DNA of 64,000 nucleotides from Phyllosticta citribraziliensis (Eukaryota): NCBI RefSeq assembly GCF_038025025.1, contig NW_027117346.1, positions 992,001 to 1,056,000 of the forward strand, read 5' to 3'. Shown piece by piece: positions 58,017 to 64,000 of this stretch (position 1 is its first letter; each line of letters starts with the position of its first letter). The notes under the pieces were generated by a model. It saw only the letters and a program-made list of their open reading frames with translations, ran no database searches and was not told where the DNA came from. The position numbers and the translations under genes were made by a program.

Positions 58017-58244
58017 TTGATGGGGCCTGTCGACACTGTGTTGAGCCGCTTTCGCCGGATGAGAAGGAAGTGGCGGCTTGTGACTAAGATTGTTGCCGTT
58101 CGTGTTTGGTGGCAGACTGCTAGAATGAAGTATTTTTCCTCTCATGGTGTGCGTCTGGGGCCTCATACCACTCGAGTGATCATGCTCTGCTCAAGAAGCA
58201 TCCAAGTCCTCTAAATTATTACTCATGTTCCTCGGAGAAGGTGT

Positions 58245-58392
58245 CACAGTGGGTGTCGAAAGAAATGAGACCTCCTGGCAATGTGAGTGCGTCTAGGGAG
58301 CATTCATACACTGCCGTAGCTACGTCCAGGAAACAGTCATTCATTGGCGCAGCTAGAAGCAAGGCGTCGCATCTCTTTCGACACCCACTGTA
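58245..58392. mobile_element. MITE copy 3 (148 bp)
   Basis: CACAGTGGGTGTCGAAAGAAATGAGACCTCCTGGCAA ... GTCGCATCTCTTTCGACACCCACTGTA. The first 35-40 bp nearly match copy 1. It sits between two convergent genes. Confidence 0.88.
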
Positions 58393-58497
58393 TGGCCTCT
58401 GACATGATATTCACACGTATCCATACAGCTTCCCTGTACACTGAATACAAGGCCAAAGCAAGCCTGATCTCGAGCCTTTCGGACCCCTGAATGTGGC

Positions 58498-60273
58498 TTA
58501 CTCATCCACGTTCTCGACAGCCACCTGCGGGACACCAGTGGCCTTTTGTTCCCTCTCCTCCAAAAGCTCGCGCTCCCTCTCCGCCGCCGCCTTCTCAGCC
58601 GCGCGCCTCAGGCTCCTCTCCCTCAACGCCGCACGATCGACCCAGCCATCTCCCCTCAACATGCCCATTCCCTTCCTTACGACACCGCCCGTGACGGCCT
58701 TGGGGTCGCGCTCGTAGACGGCATTGATGAGCGCCAGGCTGGCGACGAAGAGCAGCACGTCGCCGTTGCGGACGCCGCGCCACCACTTGTGCTTGACGCC
58801 GACCTTCCAGAAGCTGTCGATGCTGGCGCGCAGCGAGTAGAGGAACGTGGCGCGGCCGTTGTCGCGCTCGAGGATGGCCCACAGGCCGGCCAGCATGCCG
58901 CCGAGCACGAAGCGGCCCTGCGGCAGGAAGCTGCGCGGCAGCCAGGCCTGGAAGAAGCAGATGCTGGCCCACGCGGAGCCGATGGAGCCCGTCGCGAAGA
59001 GCGTCATGCGCAGGACGTTGGCCGCCAGCTTGTGCAGCGTGGCGAAGGGCGCGTTGACGAAGGACTTGTAGCGCGGCAGGCTGAAGATGGTGAAGATGAT
59101 GGCGAAGAAGCGTGCCGCGGCGGGGACGGCCGTGATGAAGTAGGTTATGTAGGTGCGGGCGCAGGAGGGATCGTGAGGGTGGAGGAGCGCGCACGAGAGG
59201 GATTTGATGGCCGGGTGCGCTGGCGAGGTTATTGGAGAAATAGTTGTCAGAGTTCGGGGAAGGGTACGTTTGTGGGGGAAGAGGATTGGAGACGTGAAGG
59301 GACTGAAAATGTTAGCCGGTATTTCGCGGTCGAGAAGCAGAGAACTTACGGCCAGCGGAGACGCGCAATTTCTCCAATGCTGTCGACGATGGAATAGGTG
59401 TCGGGCCAGGGAAGATTGCCTCTGTAGTTGTGAGGCCGCTGCTGGATATATTGCGGCGATTGCTTGAGGATGAAGCGGCCGTAGGCCTCGGGGAAACAGT
59501 CCCTGTCAAATACAAATGCATGCAGCAACTGACCGCATGTTGCAGGAAATATCAGCCACGAGCCAAACCACCATGGCGTGTCCTTGAACCACCCTCTGTC
59601 TTCCAATCCGTTGTACGCGAACTCTAAAGATCTAGTCAAGACATAAATGGCGATGGTGACGCGCAATTGATCCGCTGGATAGAGACCAAGGAAGAAGCCC
59701 GAGAGACTGGCGCCTATGGCTGGCGCAAGTCTGGCTGTCAAGACCCGGGTGACACGGGGATTGCGCCGCCTGAAGGGTCTGGCATTGTCATCCAGAATCG
59801 TGTCTCGCAGGCGATTGAAGAAGCGGTGGAGGATGCGGTGGAAGAAGAGGATCAACGCGAGGGAACTCGAAAGACGCAAATTGGACGACTTCCAGAACGG
59901 AACCTTTGATCGCCTGCTTGATCATGAGCAAACTGGGTAAACGTGTTGGACGGGAAGCGTACGGTGGTGGATGTCCTCTAGTCAGAAACCTCGACTTTAT
60001 CGTCTCCCACAATCTGAGCGCAGCATATGTGGAGAGTCCAAGACGGACTGACGCACGAATGGCAGCGGCATTGTAGTCGTCTGTGCCCTTTGCAATGGCC
60101 TCGTAGCGGCGCGGCGAAGGGGCCTTTTTGCGCGCGGCCGGAGCGCGCGAGATCAAGTACTGGTGGAGTAGGCGGTACTCTCGCGCGCTGAGAGTGTAGC
60201 GGAGAGCATTTCGCAGAACGGGATCGACCTTGTCAGGTTTGCCAGACGACGAAGACGAGGCGACGGACGTCAT
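58498..60273 (-). CDS. TMEM135/PMP-like multi-pass membrane protein
   Basis: DPVLRNALRYTLSAREY..LH, LILFFHRILHRFF.RLR, QLLHAFVFDRDCFP, AHPAIKSLSCALLHP..PSC and SFWKVGVK.KWW..V.NGDV. Two introns at about 59966-59926 and 59349-59313. Confidence 0.85.
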
Positions 60274-61659
60274 GTTCAAGATGGTCGGGGAGGCATGGCA
60301 CCACAAGGGACGTGGAGTGGGTCAACAGTGAAGGTCCGAGTGGAATGCGGGACATGGTACCCATGACTCGCGAGCCTCGGCTCCACCCGATCCCGTCACT
60401 CGCTGGCGTCGGTTTCGGTGAGCCGAACGGAAGCTTGTGAAGACGACGGCCTGAAACTCGCTCTGGCGTCTACACATATTCTATCAAGGCGGACGCTCTT
60501 CTCGAACAAATTCTCCGAGTGTCGCTGCGTTGCCAAGCCAGATCATTACCACCTGGATAGTATCAACACCCAGCTGCGACCTGTATCAATCAGCCACACG
60601 AGCACTTGGAGCGCCAGGCTGAAGTCGAAAAGCAAGGAGTACTCCCACTCCTACCTGCAGGAACCAACGCTCTGTTCGCCGTACCGTCGGTCAACACAGC
60701 CCTCGGATTGCAGCTTCGGGACATGACGTCGTTCCTGGCCATCGCCTGCTGTGGACCACGTGCGTTGAGCCATGAGTCTGTCCCCGGGTTTCGTTCTCTT
60801 GCTACTCGTTTGCAGGCTCCAAGGGAGTCTCCATCAGCATGGCGCAGCAACGTTTTGCCAGATGTGAAATGATGGCTCAATAGATGGCCCCCAGAAAAGC
60901 CTCTCGCCCCCACTGGGGCTGAATCCCTTTCACAGTCCACCAGCTGTTGATCCCTTGTGGAACGTGGCCATGAGCCATGCCCGTAAGAGCATAGGCTGTC
61001 CAAATTTGTACACCCTCTGTGGCTTGCACGCGCTGCTGACAGGCGCCGATACCAAGCCTTTGCCCTGAATTGGCATGGTGTGTGTCCCAATCAGCCCTTC
61101 GACGACCCTGAGATTTGCAGAAGGCCGCCGCATGCAAACCACTGCCTAGAAATTGAGGGCACAAAAATATTCCTTCTTTCTTCTGTGGACCCTGCGCTAC
61201 GCCCTTGGGGACTAAGTCGACCGTCTACATAAGGTCTCTTTGTCCGCTACAGATTCTTGCACGCTACCAACCCACCAACTCTCCTCGTTTCCCCAAACTA
61301 CACCGTTGCCGCGCGCAGTCTCACGTTTATACCAAGACTTCTGCCTAGAATTACGTCAATTCGACACGAGAAGATGGAGAAACAAGCCAATGGCGGTAGG
61401 TCCTCTCTGCTTCCCTGTCAGCATCCTCCTTGAACGGCCAGCCCGAGTGCACAACGACTCAGCTCTCCATTTCTTTATCCGAAGACCCACTTGGCAGCGA
61501 GAGTATATCTCTGGCGATTTCCCAAACGAAGCTCAATCTGGGGAAGCGTTCAGTGCAGCACTCCAAGGCAGATACAAAAACACACCTCCCCCGTGATCCG
61601 TCTCGAACTTCCCTTGGCGTTCAAGACTTTCAACATCACCTCCACACATACACGCCGCC

Positions 61660-62357
61660 ATGGACGTCAAGACCGCCGAGAGGCCCAGCTCGATGGAGCT
61701 TCCGACCTACAGCAAAACCGACCCACAATCAGAATCCTCACGGTGTTCGTTCGCCGCCTGCCCGCTCCATTAGCACATCACCGAAACCACGACTCCGTCC
61801 ACAGGCTAACGCCACCATTTTCGCAGCACCAATCATGACGCCCGACCAGACCGGGCAGACGATGCCCATGTCGCAGATTCAGCCAGACCACCAGACTTTT
61901 GCCCGTGAGGGTTACGTCGACCCCAACCAAGGCTTTGTCGGCCAGCAACCCGTCGGCGGCGACCAACAATTCCGCACCGCCACGCCGCTGGCCAACCTGC
62001 AGCGCTCCGCCGCGCCCGTCGACTGCCCCGCCTGCGGCGCGCGCGCCCTGACCGTCACGAAGTTCAAGACGGGCAACACGACGCAGTAAGTAACCTCAAC
62101 GGCTGCTCAGCACGAAAAAACACGCCCAGCCGGTCTGGCGTACAATGGCGCGCAGTTGTTATTTGGATGGGATATGGTTGACTGACTGTCTGGACAACAG
62201 CGCCTGGGCCTTTGGTGTCTGCATCTGCGTCTGCCTCGGATGCATCCCGTACCTGGTCAAGGGCACCAAGGACGTCGAGCACCGCTGCGGCAAGTGCAGC
62301 AAGCACCTCGCGACGTGGCACCGTAGCGGCACCACCGAGGTGCTGGCGCACGCTTGA
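61660..62357 (+). CDS. LITAF-domain zinc-binding membrane-associated protein (166 aa)
   Basis: Exons 61660-61744, 61827-62085 and 62201-62357 total 501 nt. Motifs APVDCPAC, a hydrophobic CICVCLGCIPY segment and DVEHRCGKC, plus N-terminal LPTY (PY-like motif). Confidence 0.88.
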
Positions 62358-63144
62358 GCAAGCCGTCCACCTACCTCGACTCGCTCGCGAACATCGATAC
62401 TTTTTTGGGTTTCTCCGGCGCGGTTGTTGGCGGCGTGTGGCTATCCTGGGTGCCTCCTCTTTTCTTTTCTTGATCTTTCATTCGTCGTTCTGGGACTGGA
62501 CTGGATGGATTGGATGACTTCGGCGACTCGGAAAGACTGCAATGTACGAATAACGGACGGATGTGTTTGGGCCGGGTAGGGAGTGGCATTGGGAAGCGGT
62601 CGGAGCTTGGTATATACCCACAGAACGAGACGGTGTGAAATGAGGCGGTTTAGACTCGCTGACTAGGTATATCTCTCTTCCTCGGCTTTGCAGCCTTCCG
62701 CGTCGTGAAAATGGGGCCAAGAGAGACTAGTCCTCATGATTCCATCTCTTGACACAAGATCGCTCTTCTTATTTCCCCGGCTCTTTGTGTCTGTCGCGGC
62801 TCACCGATCTCCGTTGCCTGTCTTGGACGCGCCAATTCCTTTGCATGACGTCGTCGCAAGAAGTGATCGCCTCGGAATGACCGGAGGAAAGAGTGAATGT
62901 GGACAAAGAGGACAAAGACCAGCCTGGCGTGGAAACACAGACATGCTTCAGATGATTATGCGTCTTGTTCACACCAACAGCCGGAATTCAATCAGTGTTC
63001 AGGTCCGGGTTGGGTCCGGGTGCAGCTCGCATGCGCAATGCGGTCCGTGCGCAGATCACGTGCGTGGTCCAAAAAAATTCGACGCAACACCAAATAAATT
63101 GATCTCCAGCTTATTGACACATCAAAAGAGAAGGTCAAAAGGAA

Positions 63145-63254
63145 TTCCGTCGCCGGGAATTGAACCCGGGCCTTGCCGGCGCTTCACAGAGCGAGTCGGA
63201 CCCTCTTTGAGACTCTTTGAGAGCGGCAAATCCTAGCCACTAGACCACAACGGA
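63145..63254 (-). tRNA. tRNA-Glu: tRNA-Glu (anticodon CTC) with a 38-nt intron (63217-63180)
   Basis: Minus strand TCCGTTG..TGGTCTAGTGGCTAGGAT (A box), anticodon stem TGCCG/CGGCA with CT-CTC-A, intron after base 37, GGTTCAATTCC (B box) and CGACGGA-A. 72 nt after splicing, with a downstream T-run. Confidence 0.95.
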
Positions 63255-64000
63255 TTTCATGAGAAGGCGCTCAAACAATGCGCATATAACTTACAAATTG
63301 ACACCAGGTTTGATGATCATTCTCTTGCAACTCTTTGTCCATTCCCTCCATTCCGGTTAGATCTGAAGCCATGCAGAAGTGATGAAGCGGGGACACGGGA
63401 AAGTCTTTGTAGCCGGCCGGGGGGCTTGTGGGTGGCGTTCGCTGGCCGCTTCCAGAACCCCAGTCAAGTCAGGCAAGAAGCCGACCACGACTGGCCATTC
63501 TGCATATCAAAGAAACCGCAATAGATCTCCGAGTTGAAGCTGTGACGCTTGAGCATTTTCAAATGTGATATCCGCAAGCTGGTACCTTTGCGCGTGTGAG
63601 GAAAGTCTGACGAAGCGGTTCTGCCGGTGGAATGCTCGTGGCATCTCGCGCATTGAAAGTCCTAGTCTAAAATCACTTGTCCGAGTTTCAAGCTCCAAAT
63701 GTGGAGCTTACGGGAGATCGTTGTATCAGATGAAGTTGAGATGTTGGACCGCGTGGTTGTAACTCGTTGAGATTACAGCGCGACTCACTGATGAAAGTCT
63801 CAAACTTCTTCATGTGCATTTTTCAGGCAAAGGCTATACGCAAAGCTTGTCGTTTCCTGGAAATTTAGCCCCTCGGCAAGGCTGTTGGCATGTTGGATCT
63901 AATGCTGGAAAAAACTGTACATTATTGGTTGGAGGTTCATGTCTTGATCGCACGAGCGTTTTAGGACCTTTCTGGCATGTGAGTTGGACAAAGTGGAGGT

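Overview
Intron-containing genomic DNA from a filamentous ascomycete (GT-AG introns with CTAAC/CTGAC branch points, Zn2Cys6 factor, PTH11-like and RTA1 genes). About 21 protein-coding loci and one intron-containing tRNA-Glu(CTC) can be supported. Most are ordinary: HSL-type esterase, Sip5, Ara2-like reductase, glucosidase II beta, TMEM135-like, LITAF and an amidase. Five items stand out. (1) A spliced gene missed by the ORF track (4497-5119) encodes a secreted Kex2-type polyprotein with two near-identical 6-Cys domains and a C-terminal conotoxin-like knottin. (2) A three-copy MITE family has ends whose consensus is CACAGTG...CACTGTG, the V(D)J RSS/Transib heptamer; one copy lies about 0.8 kb upstream of that gene. 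(3) Ketopantoate-reductase-like, choline oxidase and betaine aldehyde dehydrogenase genes are adjacent and all end in PTS1-like tripeptides. (4) An Upc2-like TF, a P450 and RTA1 form a possible sterol-detoxification module. (5) One gene carries two tandem degenerate Zn2Cys6 units, each with an intron at the same codon. All calls come from reading motifs by eye. No database searches were run and exon boundaries are predictions.
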